A DNA stretch of 64,000 nucleotides from Saprolegnia diclina VS20 (GCF_000281045.1 NW_008246089.1:206737-270736), one strand, 5' to 3'. Shown: positions 35,736-49,586, counted from the first letter of the stretch. Made by a program: numbers and translations. Notes: generated by a model from the sequence alone, not told the origin.

Positions 35736-38700
35736 TTAGTAATGGCCCAGAAAGGACGGTTTGTGTACCTCCATAAAGGCGACGAGCGGCGCCTCTTCGT
35801 CCCGCCAGTCCGCCTGGACACTGGCGACGATATCGGTCAACGACACCTTGAGCTCGGCGCGGTATGCGGCCGGGTGGTGGTAGCGCTGCTCGTGCAAGAT
35901 AAAGTTGGCGACGAGCAAGGACGTGCCGGCTTCAACGACATCGCGAAGAGTCTCCTGCATGCGTTTGGTTGTCTACAGCATCGCAGCATGAGCCCCGGTT
36001 CCACTGTTCACGTCTCGTACCAAAGACACGGCCGACGCTTCCTTCAACGCGCATTTCTATCACAACCACACACATCAGAGGTGACGTGGCACCCCGTCGA
36101 CGCACCACAAGGCGCGCCATGTGCCCCAGTGCGCACGGCGCCGTCGCGTGCGACATCGAAATCGGGAGGAAATCCAAAATCGGGCGGGCGGCTTCCGTGT
36201 CGACCACCGGTCGGCCGTGGATCTCCATCAGTGGCGTCGCGCTCGGTGTGAGCTTGAGCAGCAGCACGCACCATAGGTACACCACCTACAGTCCGTTTGT
36301 CACCTTGTCTCGACGATCCAGCAGTAGGGTACCTCCCAAAGGTGACGCGTCAGCGTGGCTTGAAACTGTGCGTCCTTGGTCTCATCCGCTGTGACGGCCA
36401 AAGACGTCCACGACGCTGGGTCTTGTTTCCAGCCGCTCACGACCACAAGGTGGCGGCGGCCAAGCTCGAGGAGACGGCCGGTGGACATGAGTCCTTGCCA
36501 CGTTGGAAGGTGCGCGGCGGCAGCCAAGAGCAGCCGCCCGACGCACGCCTGTTCATGCAGCCGGGCCAGCGTCAACGGCGCCTTTTCGTCAAAGGCCGAC
36601 AAGAGCACGGGCTCGAGGTATGCGAGCACTGAGAGTGTGCTGGTGAGCGCACTGCCGGTGGTTCGCGCCAAAAGGTGCGTGAGCAGCTCAAGGAGGTTGC
36701 ACCACGTCGTGTGCAACGTGCAGCGATGCGACTCGTCGTCGTAGCCGCGCTGGCGCCGACGCAGCATCGCCGACGTCAGCGGCTGGGCCAGCGTCTTGAT
36801 GTGCCCGAGCATCTGACAGTCGGTGATAAGCGTGTGGACACTGTAGTTCTGTGTCTCCAACGGGCTCGACATGAGCAAGTGCGAGAGCGTCGTGATGGTA
36901 TCAGCGAGGACATCGACTTTGGTCGTAATCACGAGCGCCGACACGAGACTCACGAGACACGGGCGCAGCGACGGGCAAAAGAGCGGCGACATCCAATGCA
37001 CGACGAGTTCCCGGAGCACGAGCAAGTGCAAGCTCACGTCCGTGGCCGTCGCAAGCATCGACAAAAGCGGCGTGACGACCACGGACGGCAGCGTCGTCAG
37101 TCGGTCCGGCAAGGACGACATGTGACGCAACACGAGGTAGATGCTCGTCATCACATACTTGCGCGCATCGTCGTCGGTCGGCCCCGCGGACTGCAGCATT
37201 GCGAGAAAGCACTTGAGCTACTCCAATGTGAATATGAGAGGTTTGCAACATTGAGGGACGCACCAGTTCGACGCTCGTGGCCACGTCCATCGCTGACGTC
37301 GGCAGCTTGGTGCAGTGATGCAACAGCGTCAGCACGAGGCGTGTCGACGTGCTGAGGTACAGCGACCGGTCAGGGTCGTCGACCGCTTCGTGGTGGGCTG
37401 TCATCGACGACGCCAGCGTGCACACCCACGCGAGCGCCAGCCCCGACGGAAGCCCCTGGCTGCCGCGCTTGAAAACGACAACCTCCATGGCGGTAGCAAA
37501 CTGCACCATGGCAAAGAGGCTGCCATAGGTCGCGTCGCACTTGGCGACGGCGAGAGGCAACGACGACGTACCGACATCGTCGGCGTCGGCCACGTGCGTC
37601 GAAGTTAACATCGTAAACCACTCGTCCTTCGTGGCGAGCAGCGGGTCGAGCGCCGAGGACGACGACGTCGGGTGCGTCACTTCGAGCGCCACAAGCTGCC
37701 AAAAGATTCCAATGGCCCAAAAGTGCGCCGTAGCATCCGGTGCCACCGCGCTGCAAAGGAGCGTTGCGCCGACGTCCGACCAGAGCGCCGATTCTGTCGC
37801 AAACAGCGTCGGCCAGCAAGCGCGCACTAAGTCCAAGCCGTTCGCGACCACGTCCCAGTCTTGCGTCGAAATCGCCTTGGAGAGGACGCGCAAGAGCCCC
37901 AGCGCGGACGGTGCCGCGTCGGCCGAGAAGAAGAGCAGCGACACCAAAGACGGCTGCCGGTCGACGCTGAGCGCCAAGAGGCGCAAGGCCGACGCCTGCC
38001 GGGTCGGAGCACTTGCGTCCGTCACAAGCTCCCAAAGCGCCGTCACAAGCGCCTCTGTATCTTGCGGCGTTGAAAAGTGCGCGACAAACGTTGTCGTCGT
38101 CGGCAGCACAATGAGCGCCGTGAGCAGCTGCAAACTGCCATCGAGGATCGCCGCAGCCGGCGACGAAAGCAGCGCCGTGCACACGAGCGGCCAGTTGAGC
38201 GCGACGCCGCGAACCGTGACCGTGGTCGCCAGCAGCGAGGACGATGCGATGGACGACGCATCGGTGAGGGCACGCGCGACGAGCGGAGCGGCCACACGAC
38301 CGACGCAGGCCAAAAGCGTCGCGGCCAAGCGCACATGCGTCGGCGACATGGTGTCCAGAGTCAACGGCAAGAACGGCGTCGCGTCCGGCGTCGAGTCGTC
38401 AAACACAAAGCGCGCCACCGACGCTTTCGGCGCCGGCAGTGCGATCGGAAACCACCGCGCGAGCGTCGAGAGCACGAAGTTCGGGAACGTCGCGCTCGGC
38501 TCGGCCCAGAGCGTCGCCCATGCGTCGTACTGCGTGTCGAGGCGCGCGTGCACGAGCCGGAAGCTCGTGAGCCCGAGCACGTCTTGGTCTTCGATCGTGT
38601 CAAACTGCCACGTCGGGTACGACGTGACAATGGTCAAAAGGACGTTGGTGAGCGACGTGGACCAGTCCTTTGACGACGACGGCAAAGCAAACACGTGGGC

Positions 38701-40248
38701 CGCGAGCTGGAGCATGTTGAGGACGCTCGGGTACTGTCCTGTCGGCGCTTCGAGGCCCGTCACGACCGCGTGGAGCGCTGACACGGCGTCGTCGACCGCG
38801 ATGCCGCGCAGCACGCTCGCCGTCTCGTGCCGCAGCGCCATTGCGGCGCAAAACGCGAGGCACGCTTGCTGCAACGCCAGCGGGCTTGTAGGGTCATGGA
38901 GCAGCGCGCCGACGCGACAGAGCGCGGGGGCCAGCGCGGTATGTAGCGGCGCGTCGTCGTCGACGTCACGGTGCGTCAACAGCGCCGTCATCAGGTGCAG
39001 GATCGCAGTCGCAGTCGACCCGCGCGACGTCGCGAGACGATGCAGCAGAATCGGCCACACGGGCGTCGCCAGGTGCCAGCACACGAGCACCGGCGCGTTG
39101 GGCAGCGTGAGCTTTTGCCCGCGCGTGCCGCTCGGCACGAGTACATTGTCGTTCGCAAAGAGATACGCGTCGGTCGTGACGAGCCATGCGTCGTCCGCCG
39201 CGTCGACGACATGCGGCACATCGTCGGCCAGCACGGTCGTGTACAGGTACGTGGAGGCGAGGTCGGCGAGGATCGCGTCGACCGTCGACGGCGCGCACGC
39301 CGCGGCGAGCAGATTCACGCGCGGCAAGAGCCGCACGGGGAAGAGTGACGAGAGTGCCGACGCCGTATCGTTGAGCTAATCGACAAGGCATGAGCACACA
39401 CGACAACGATGATGGATGGAGAGATGATGCACCTCGTTGAAGACGGCGACGGAGAGCGTCGGGTTGCGGTGCAAGAGCGGCGTGTAGAGCTCGACGATCG
39501 TGAGCCACTCGGCCTCCGACTTGGTCAAGTCGAGGAGGTCGAATTCCTTGGTAAAGCCAGCAATGAACGGGTACGCGGCCGCTTGGAGCAGCGGGGCGTT
39601 GCTGACTGGGACCGCGTCGTCGAGCGCCCAGACGGGATGCGCGAGGTCAAACACAAGCGGCGTCGGCGCAAGGGGTGAGAGGCACGATGCAAAGTGCGCA
39701 AGGCCGCCAAGGAGACGGCCCTTCTCAAGCGCCACGTCGCACATCGAGTCGTCCATCTCAAACTCGACGGCTTCCGTATGGCGACGCGCCTTCAAGATCG
39801 AGACCATCGACCGGTAGGTCGCATCGTTCTGCTCGACGCGGCGCAAGAGGAGTGCAAACGCAAAGAAAAGGCTGCCGTACGGCGAGCTTGAGCGCGCTTC
39901 GAGGCCCAACGGCAGGAGCTTGTCCATCATAAACTCGTACAGAACGGCCAACGCTTCCGCGTCCTCGGCGATCGGCTTAGTCATGATGTGCATGGCCAAG
40001 AAGAGCATGTGCGTCTGGAGCTCGCGCGATGAAGCGCCAAAGCGCCGCTTGAGGAGGACGCGGATAACGCGGTGGATGGTGGCCGGCGACATGATGGCCT
40101 CGGCGACAGCCGCTGCTAGCACCGCGCGGAGGCTGCGGACTTCTTCTGCCGGCTTGGCATGACCATCGAGATCGCCATACGTCGACTCGTACGCGTCGAG
40201 GCTGCGCAGCAAGGACCGCTCCGACGTCAACGGCTCCCGCGGCGACAT
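35736..40248 (-). CDS. NUP188: Nucleoporin Nup188-like alpha-solenoid protein (spliced)
   Basis: VPSGTRGQ..VLVCWH, LEAPTGQYPSVL and SYPTWQF..DQDVLG resemble the conserved Nup188 blocks as recalled (IPQGTxGQ..LVRW, ExxxGxY, SYxKWRY). Total length is well over 1000 aa of helical sequence. Confidence 0.72.
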
Positions 40249-40479
40249 GGGTCCTTCGAATGGGTGGGAAGACGCTTGGGTCTGAATATGGTCGATTTTC
40301 ATTGGTGCAAATGCCTACATTTTCGCACCAATCAACACGTTGCTCCGGACAAAAAGCATGGACAAACTGTGGCCCCAGAGACCATTCTTATTGGTTGAAA
40401 ATACTGCAGAGATGGGAGCATCGACCAATCAAAGCATGCAATGCATCCAAAGATCGTACAAGGCATTGGAAGACATTGC

Positions 40480-41031
40480 CCTGCCCTTTCGGTACACCAG
40501 CTCCGTTGTCGCTCCATGCACCTCAAGCTCGTAGTTGACACCTTTGCCGTTCATTTACCATTCGTCCTCGACTCCAAGCCCCGTGCGTGTCTGCAAGACG
40601 CCGACCTCAACGGCCAAAGTGACCGACTCGCTGAGCGCATCACCGTTGCGCGTGCATTGGACCAAATGTGATTTCTTCCAAGTGCCTCGGCCGCGCAAAG
40701 CGGTGAACGAGTCACAACGCCCCACGTAGTCTTCGTCGCCTAAACCACGGAAGAACGCGCGCCGGCGATGCAACGTCAGGGATGGCACTGCACCCGCGAG
40801 AGGTATATAAAGTACAATCCTAGTGCAGCTTCCTTGCTATCAAAGTCGGCGTTGAAGAGCTCGACCGAGACACCCAAAATCACGACAAATCGCCTGCTGG
40901 ATGTTGTTAGAAAAGATAGTGTGGCTCGGTTCTCAGTGGTGATGGAGCTGGTCAAATGAGATGGTCTCAAAAGCCGTCATGATGGACAACAGCGTTGCGA
41001 TACAAGTGGAAGCGGCGTTCTCTTGCGTCAT
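40480..41031 (-). pseudogene. Highly degenerate dispersed copy of the Uma2-like family (copy 5)
   Basis: Fragments IATLLSIMTAFETISFDQLHHH*, FVVILGVSVELFNADF, DSFTALRGRG and SVTLAVEVGVLQTRTGL are collinear with the 6801 protein but broken by stops and indels. Confidence 0.8.
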
Positions 41032-41601
41032 TACGGTATTTGAACCAAACTGCGAGCCATACGAGCGATCGTGGAGTGGGCAACCTGCCACATAGGCCAT
41101 AAACTTGCGTCAGTTGATGGCCTTGCAGACACTCACACGCCTACCTGTTTGCAGTGGTTGCGGAACCTCAGGTTATTACTCGCACTCCCTCTTTGTCATG
41201 GCAATGTAGAGCACTGGTCGGGTCATATTTGTCTGGTGCCATGCCGCGGTTTATTGGCGCGAGTTCAACAGGAAGCCAGATCACCGGGCGGGTCGAAGCC
41301 TTGCTAAACCGAAGATGTGGCTACTACTACTAGGTAGGTGAGATGGTGTAGTCGCATCTACCTCTATATCTACTAGTAGTACGACGATTCCCCTTGCTAA
41401 CTGCAAACTTTTCACTAGCTCGTTTTCCTGGCACTGGAGTCGTGACATGTTCCATCGCCAAGGGCCAGAGTTTCCCTCCAAAAACGGGCCAATCATAGAG
41501 CGCTGTATGTATTTTTATCCATCCATACAGTAGACAAGGTAAGATAAAACTAGGAATTGAATGACCTGGAGCCAAAATACGCGTTGGGTATAGTTGGCAG
41601 C

Positions 41602-42645
41602 ATGAGCTCGAAGCGGAAGCGTACGAGCGTCGGGTCCGGGCCGCTCCTGGCCGCGAGCAAGATCACGGAGGCCGAGCGCCGGCAGATCCGCTGCAAGGAG
41701 CGCGAGATTCTCACGGACCTGCGCGAGAACAACCGCGACGTGGTCCAGATCGCGAGCAAGGCCTTCAAGACCAAGACACAGGAGCTCGACAGCGTGTACG
41801 AGCGCGTCTTCTACCCGCGCGAGGCCAACCTCGACGCGTGCAACCTCGACGAGTTCAGCAACGTCGTCGTCAAGCAGGCTGGGCTCATGGGCTCGAGCGA
41901 TCTCACCAAGTTTGATGTCGCCGACCTCATGAGCGCTATCAAGGAAAAGTGCATCGCCGACGAGCGCGGCAATGGCCTGGACTGGGACCGCCTCGGGTCG
42001 GCCGTTGGCGCCTGCTTTAGCAGCACGATTGGCACTAGCTTCATGTACGGCTCCATGGTACGACCCACAGCTGCCGTGGCATCATGCTCATGCTCATGCT
42101 CTTGCGTAGGACACCCAAGTCGTGCAAAAGGAAAAGAAGACCGTGCGCCGTCGCCGCCAAGACGACTTGGATGCAGTCGAGACGCAGCCAACGCAAATCA
42201 GCGGCGAGAATCGCCCGGACAAGGAAGACGTTCAGGCCGTGCGTCTCCAGAAGCTTGTCAAGACACTCAAGCGGTCGGCCAAGAAGGTCGACGTCTTTGA
42301 GCTCTGCGTCAACCCCGAGAGCTTTGCGCAGGTCATCCTCATCATCTTCGCCATGCTTGCTTCATGTTGCTTTTGTTTAGACGGTCGAGAACTTTTTCGA
42401 CATGTCCTTCTTGATCCGGAACGGCCACGCCAAGATCCAGCGCGCCAATGCTTCGGCGGCGCCCACGATCCGTTGCCTCTCATGCACATCTTGTTCTGAC
42501 ATGAACTCTAGAAAACCACGATGGCATCAACGACGAAGAGCTGCCACCGTCCACGCAGTGCGTGATCACGATCTCGTACAAGCAGTGGGAGGCGCTCTCC
42601 AAGATCTACCGCGATCCGCTCGTGGGGACCCGCGCGAGCGTCTAA
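41602..42645 (+). CDS. NSE4: NSE4/EID kleisin subunit of the Smc5/6 complex (spliced)
   Basis: ERRQIR..REI, V..PREANLDA and FELCVNPESFAQTVENFFDMSFLIRNGHAKI. Confidence 0.88.
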
Positions 42646-42691
42646 GAGTACATGCTGGCTGCATGGAGGCTGCTAGTATATTCAGTCGAAT

Positions 42692-43358
42692 CTAATTCTC
42701 TACGGTGTGCGCCTTCTCGTTCGCGTCAAACTCGGCGATGAGGTCGGCCGACGCCTGCACAAGCTCTACGAAGGCGGGCTTGTCGCACAAGTTGAAGTGG
42801 GGCGCGCTCTCCTCCGTGGGCGGGATCGTCACGAGGTCGACGCCGTCGGCGCCCGTCGTCACCGGCTCGTGCGGGATGCCGTTCTGCTTCATGTACTCGA
42901 CGACCTTGGGCAACGCGTCGACGTACAACGAGATAAAGTTGGCCTGGCCATACGCGTTGCGGAGCACCTAGACACGCTGATGTTTGGCACCGCGCGAGGC
43001 TTGATGGCCGCGTACCACGGGGGCGTTCTTGGGCTTCACCGACTCGTCGCGGTCCTCGAAGCGCTTGTCCTCGACTTCGACGTCGCGGACACCGACAAAG
43101 CGGAAAGGACGTTGCACGCCCTAAAGACGCTGCTATGAGCCATGCAGATGACGATGTGCATCTCGCGTACGTCGGCTTCCTGCGTGAAATGGAGGTCGAG
43201 GAGCGTGGATTCCTAATTACTATGCGTATAAGCATGCACAGAGGCTCGATCGACCTTACCGAAGAAGCCTCATCTTCCTTCGGGGCCGACGAGAGGAAGC
43301 GCGCCATGCGCGGCTGGGCGCGGGGCAGGACGCAGCGCTGAGCGAACTTACGAAGCAT
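42692..43358 (-). CDS. Divergent VOC/glyoxalase-fold protein with mitochondrial-type presequence (3 introns); paralogue of the 45353 gene
   Basis: The spliced product contains RPFRFVGVRDVEV, NFISLYVDALPKVVEYMKQNGI, GADGVDLVTIPP and VELVQASADLIAEFDA, each aligning to the 45353 protein. Confidence 0.75.
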
Positions 43359-43666
43359 GGTGATGCAGAATGCAATGGCTCCCGATATTACTGGATGCCC
43401 ACAAATATTATGTTTCAAGAGGGTATTATACTGTGATAGCCTATATCATATGTATTGTCACGGGTCATCAAATTAAAAGGAATGCGCCGCGCTCGAGACT
43501 TCAAGCAGCCAGCATCGACGCCAGCAAGCCGCACACTGCATGGAGATGGCCTTCGGCGTCATCACTTTGTATTGCATGGGGGCATTTGTAGCTCTGCATC
43601 AAAACGACTCAACGCAACTTGAACCAGTAGTCAACTTCGGGTCAATTATGATTAGCTCAAAGCCGG

Positions 43667-43729
43667 ATGAATTTGTACTTGATCCCCAAGGCGAATGAAT
43701 TTGTACAATTGTACTTGATCCCAAAGGCG
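43667..43729 (+). repeat. Imperfect tandem duplication of about 27 bp (atgaatttgtacttgatccc(c/a)aaggcg)
   Basis: Read directly from the sequence; the second unit has an internal 8-nt duplication. Confidence 0.8.
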
Positions 43730-44002
43730 TATCGGTTGATGTGGATATCTGTGCGAATGCATTTGTGAGAACAGCATTTTGTCACTGACTCAATTGCTCA
43801 TAAGAGTTCCGGGAGGCACGCTTGAAGGGGCAGACTTGACGTTGTCGGAACACCAGCGCACTTATGACGCTAATCCTTTCTTCTGATTGCGTTGGAAAAC
43901 GCGGCTTGGCCGAGCATGGTTCAAGACAACAGTGATTAATTTTAGCAATGCATATTAAAAGGTTACTGGGCTTGGGATAACAGTGTGTGGGAGTTCAGGA
44001 GT

Positions 44003-44078
44003 TCTTTCAGAAGTCGGCAAACATAGTTTCTACACGATTGTGTTCGGAATAGTAAGGATTTGTTTAATCTTCATGAAG
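44003..44078 (-). ncRNA. Box C/D snoRNA, dual guide, copy A
   Basis: Minus strand: box C ATGAAGA, guide AATCCTTACTAT before D' CCGA, and guide TTTGCCGACTT before box D CTGA. Confidence 0.8.
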
Positions 44079-44117
44079 CCCTTGTTCCCAAAAACAAATA
44101 TACATGCACCAAAGTTG

Positions 44118-44194
44118 TCTTTCAGAAGTCGGCAAACATATTTTCGACACGATTGTGTTCTGAATAGTAAGGATTTGTTTAATCTTCACAAAGA
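44118..44194 (-). ncRNA. Box C/D snoRNA, dual guide, copy B
   Basis: Terminal stem TCTT/AAGA, box C GTGAAGA, D' CAGA and D CTGA. The guides are antisense to recalled 18S ATAGTAAGGATT and 28S AAGTCGGCAAA. Confidence 0.85.
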
Positions 44195-44220
44195 CACGAT
44201 GAGTATATATAACATACAGG

Positions 44221-44296
44221 TATTTCTCTCAGGGTACGAGTTGACCACATGCGATGATTCAGGTCTCAAAGATTATTTGTATATCATCGAGAAATA
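44221..44296 (-). ncRNA. Box C/D snoRNA predicted to guide 18S Cm38 (plant snoR66-like)
   Basis: 8-bp terminal inverted repeat TATTTCTC/GAGAAATA, box C-like CGATGA, and a 13-nt guide TAATCTTTGAGAC antisense to the conserved 18S GTCTCAAAGATTA directly before D' CTGA, plus a terminal D CTGA. Confidence 0.88.
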
Positions 44297-44325
44297 AATA
44301 TACAAGGAGCAATAGAGTGTAATGC

Positions 44326-44410
44326 ACTTTCTTTCAGAAGTCGGCAAACATAGTTTCGACACGATTGTGTTCTGAATAGTAAGGATTTGTTTAATCTTCA
44401 CAAAGAAAGT
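44326..44410 (-). ncRNA. Box C/D snoRNA, dual guide, copy C
   Basis: As copy B, with an extended terminal stem ACTTTCTT/AAGAAAGT. Confidence 0.85.
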
Positions 44411-44556
44411 TTGCAGTTCGAATATAAAGTGCTTGGACGAGAGATTCCATCAACAAATAATAGTGTCCGCAAAGGCATCTCCAAGGAGCGACCTATTATG
44501 GATCTCAAACTTTAGAATCACGCGGATCTCGTTTTTTCTACTCTGCTCTAGCGCCT

Positions 44557-44570
44557 AAATTCAAAAATGA
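44557..44570 (-). promoter_or_regulatory. Inr-FPR-like element (TCATTTTTGAATTT) pointing into the snoRNA cluster
   Basis: Resembles the oomycete core promoter. CCAAT and TATCCGG motifs lie just upstream on the same strand. Confidence 0.45.
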
Positions 44571-45352
44571 TCGCTCTGTGTTGCGATTGGGTATTCGCGT
44601 GAGCGAGCCTCGGAGCCAACCAAATTCATGCATCCCAACCGACCTTTCCGGATTCGCTTTCCGTATCCGGAACAGATGGCCTGAACGAAAAAGTATACGT
44701 GGGGAACAAAAAAAGACGGTGAACAAGATTTCTCTTTTGGAGCAATACTATGTTGAACAGCTTGTGCCAAACTATCCCGCAGTAAAGCGTTTACTCGTAC
44801 TAATCTTTCGCCTTTTACTAAAGATTACCGTGGACGTCTTACAAACAATGCGGCTTCACCAATTTCTGACCTCCCTCTGGGAGGACCATCTGACTCTCCT
44901 TTCATCTTGTCAACCACCTTCAATGTTAATTCTGTGGCCACCTCATGACGCCCATGCACACAATCTTTCATTGCACGTGTTTCTATGACGAGCAAAGCAC
45001 ACGAGCTACAGTATTGTGCTCTGGAGGCAGTTGGTCCAGTGGAGGCTTGTGAGACGGTCAAGAAGACATTTGCCCGCAGAGAGCAATGAATTCGTTGGGT
45101 TTGGGAAAATGCGACAAATTGCCCCGAAAAGCTACCGCAAGAGTTGGTATTTCATTCGTCATTTTCGTCGTTGCCTTGAATCCACGGCAATTTTTCGGTG
45201 GGGATAATGTTGACAAAATGGTCAAGAACGCGTCAAGAAGCTTCGTCAAGATTGAGAAAGGTCTGGGAAGTGCATTGCATACCAGCCGGTATGTCGTATC
45301 CGGTTGTCCGCTCGGCACTTTGCTTTTTCGCCTCTGTTCTTGGCCCATCATC

Positions 45353-45906
45353 ATGCTTGCGACGACGCTCCGCCGCCACTTTAGCTCGGTACGCCCCTTG
45401 TCCGTTCCATGGCCCTGACGCGCTCTATGTAGAGCACGCGCCCGTTCCGCGTCCTTGGCATCCAGCAGGTGGCCGTCGGCGGCCTCGACAAGGGCGCGCT
45501 CAAGCACCTCTGGGTCGACACTTTGGGCCTCACGTACAAGTCGAGCTTCAAGAGCGAGCGCGAGAACGTCGACGAAGACATCCTTGAAGCTGGGAAAGGG
45601 CCGTTCGCGGTCGAGGTCGACATCATGCAGCCCATTGATGCCACGAAGTCGCCCAAGGTGCACTTGCCGCAGCTCAACCACGTGGGTCTCTGGATCGACG
45701 ACTTGCCCAAGTGCGTGGACCACTTGACGAAGCAAGGCATGCGCTTCACGCCTGGTGGCATCCGCAAGGGCGCCGCGGGCTTTGACGTTGTCTTCTTGCA
45801 CCCCAAGGGCAACGACGCTTTCCCGCTCTCGGGCGAAGGCGTCCTCATCGAGCTCGTGCAAGCGCCGGCGCATGTCATCCAAGCCTTTGACGCGATTAAG
45901 GAGTAG
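45353..45906 (+). CDS. VOC/glyoxalase family protein (methylmalonyl-CoA epimerase-like), mitochondrial-type presequence, one intron
   Basis: [47 protein letters not shown] and [10 protein letters not shown]. Confidence 0.85.
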
Positions 45907-46374
45907 ATGAGATTTCTTCGTAATGTACATGATTTCCTAGTGTGAGGTCCACGGCCAAAGAAGCGATACCACGATATGGGCGTGGGATCTGCTGGATTCC
46001 TTCCTTAAAGCAGGAAGAAGATGCTATGGCCGTTGTGTCCATCAAAAGTACAGGCGTAGTGACGCAACCACGTCAGCAGTCGACTGCCGTCAACAACCGC
46101 TTCCGAGCTTCTGCTAGTGCACCGAGCTGAGTTGTTTACTGGCCATGAATAGTAGACAATCGATCGACGCGAGACTGCCACCCGATGCGTTGACTGCTAG
46201 GAATGCCATATTGTACACATTGTACACATTTTACAATGTTTATGGAGTACATACTGGCACGCTACACTGTACTGAAGCAAGCTGCGAGGGCGAGGGCTCC
46301 GCGATCGCACTGGGTCGTATCCGGAAGGCCGGATAATGATCGCGCGGGCCTCGACCAGTGATACGAACGGAAAG

Positions 46375-48101
<1,727 letters not shown>

Positions 48102-48485
48102 TCGCACATCCGATGCGGAATTGACGAAAGCAAGGCAGATAACCTGCACGAATACCACGACGATGAAGTAGCAGTTGGGATGCGAGAGCCCACGTTGGTA
48201 CTGAGATACTACGTTCTTATAGTGGTGGTAGCTTGCGCTACACGCGCAGCAATGCGGAGCATTGGAACACGCGTTGCGGAGTGCGAGAGACGAAGACAAG
48301 GTGGTGAGCACATGCTAGAAGCGCGAGTGCCACGACGTGGCTCGACGTGGCGGGCGGCAGTCGCATGCGTTCACTGTGAAGCGAGCGAAGATCGCACTGC
48401 ACTGTATATCCGGATAAAATGTCCATATATCCGGATGAGGTCGGTCGACGCATCTGCATCGGTGGAGCTTGGACGTTGATCAACA

Positions 48486-49586
48486 ATGTCCCGCAACTCG
48501 CTGCTGCGCCGCCTGGTCCTGACGGCCGAGTCGGGCGTCCTATCGGCGAAGCAACGTACGTCGTCTTACGCCGTCATGGCTGCTCATGCTCGTGTGTGCA
48601 ACAGTCATGGGCCTACGCCTCAATGTGGCGCCGGAAGCGCACGTGTTTCGTTTCGACAAGCCCGAGGCGACGGAAGGCTGGCTCATCTCGAGCGACCGTG
48701 CCATCGGAGGTACGGCGTGGCACCATGTGCTTTGTCGCCTCACACCTAGTACGCTAGGCGAGTCGACGTGCGCGTTTGAGTTTGTGCCCACGGCCGACGA
48801 CAGCGAAAAGGACTCGCCCAAGGTTGGCGCCGGTACGACGTTCTCCGTGGCCATGGTCATCGCTCATGGCATGCGTAGCCGTCTTTTCGGGCCGCCTTAG
48901 CTTGTCCGTGCAGCCGACAGAGCAGCATGTCGTGCGCAGCGGATACTGCGCGATTCGCGGCAACGTACCGCGCGGTCTGCATTTGCACGGCTACGAGGGT
49001 TTGGCCATGCGCATCAAGACCGATGGCCGCACATATCGCATCAACGCCCAGGCCGACGGATGGAACCCCCACGATCTGTACATGGGCTTTCTCAAGGCGC
49101 CGGCCAACGAGTGGGTCGAAGCAGAGGTACACCGCCTTGCATGCGTCATGGACTCACTCACTACTTGGCGTAGCTGGCATTTTCAGACTTTATCTTGACG
49201 TCGCGCGGCTACGTGCAAGTGGACGACCCGGCCAAGCTCGACCCGTCCTCGCTGCGCACGGTGGCTCTACAGAATACGCATGGACATGTCCTAACATTGG
49301 CCCTCGTAGATTGGCATTGCGCTAGCCGACGACAAGGAAGGACCGTTCAAGTTTGCGATCGAGTGGATCAAAGCGGTCGAGAAGGTCGACACGACCAACG
49401 TCGCGCCCAAGCCGCGCGTGTCGCTCAAGACGTAAGCACCGTACTGGAGGATACAAGCCGGAGCTCATTCACCTCTGTAGCGAGCTGCTCGACGACGACG
49501 AGATCGGGCCACTGGAAGACGACAGCAGCGACGACGCTAACACGACCAAGGCCCGCCGGCCGCACAAGTCGGACCTCGTCATTTGA
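48486..49586 (+). CDS. Complex I intermediate-associated protein 30 (CIA30/NDUFAF1-like), multi-exon
   Basis: W..SSDRAIGG.STC, FSGRLS, RSGYCAIR, YEGLAMRIKTDGRTY and D..EGPFKFAIEWIKA. Confidence 0.88.

Noticed and set aside
23550..39379. Long antisense ORFs (e.g. 23550-25070, 29450-31021, 33525-34949, 37541-39379)
   Set aside because: They are shadows of GC3-biased real genes on the opposite strand, with no recognisable motifs.
44004..44400. CRISPR-like array (three 70-bp repeats with unique spacers)
   Set aside because: The repeats are too long, the spacers are unequal (45 and 142 bp), there are no cas genes and the context is eukaryotic. The units are explained as C/D snoRNAs.
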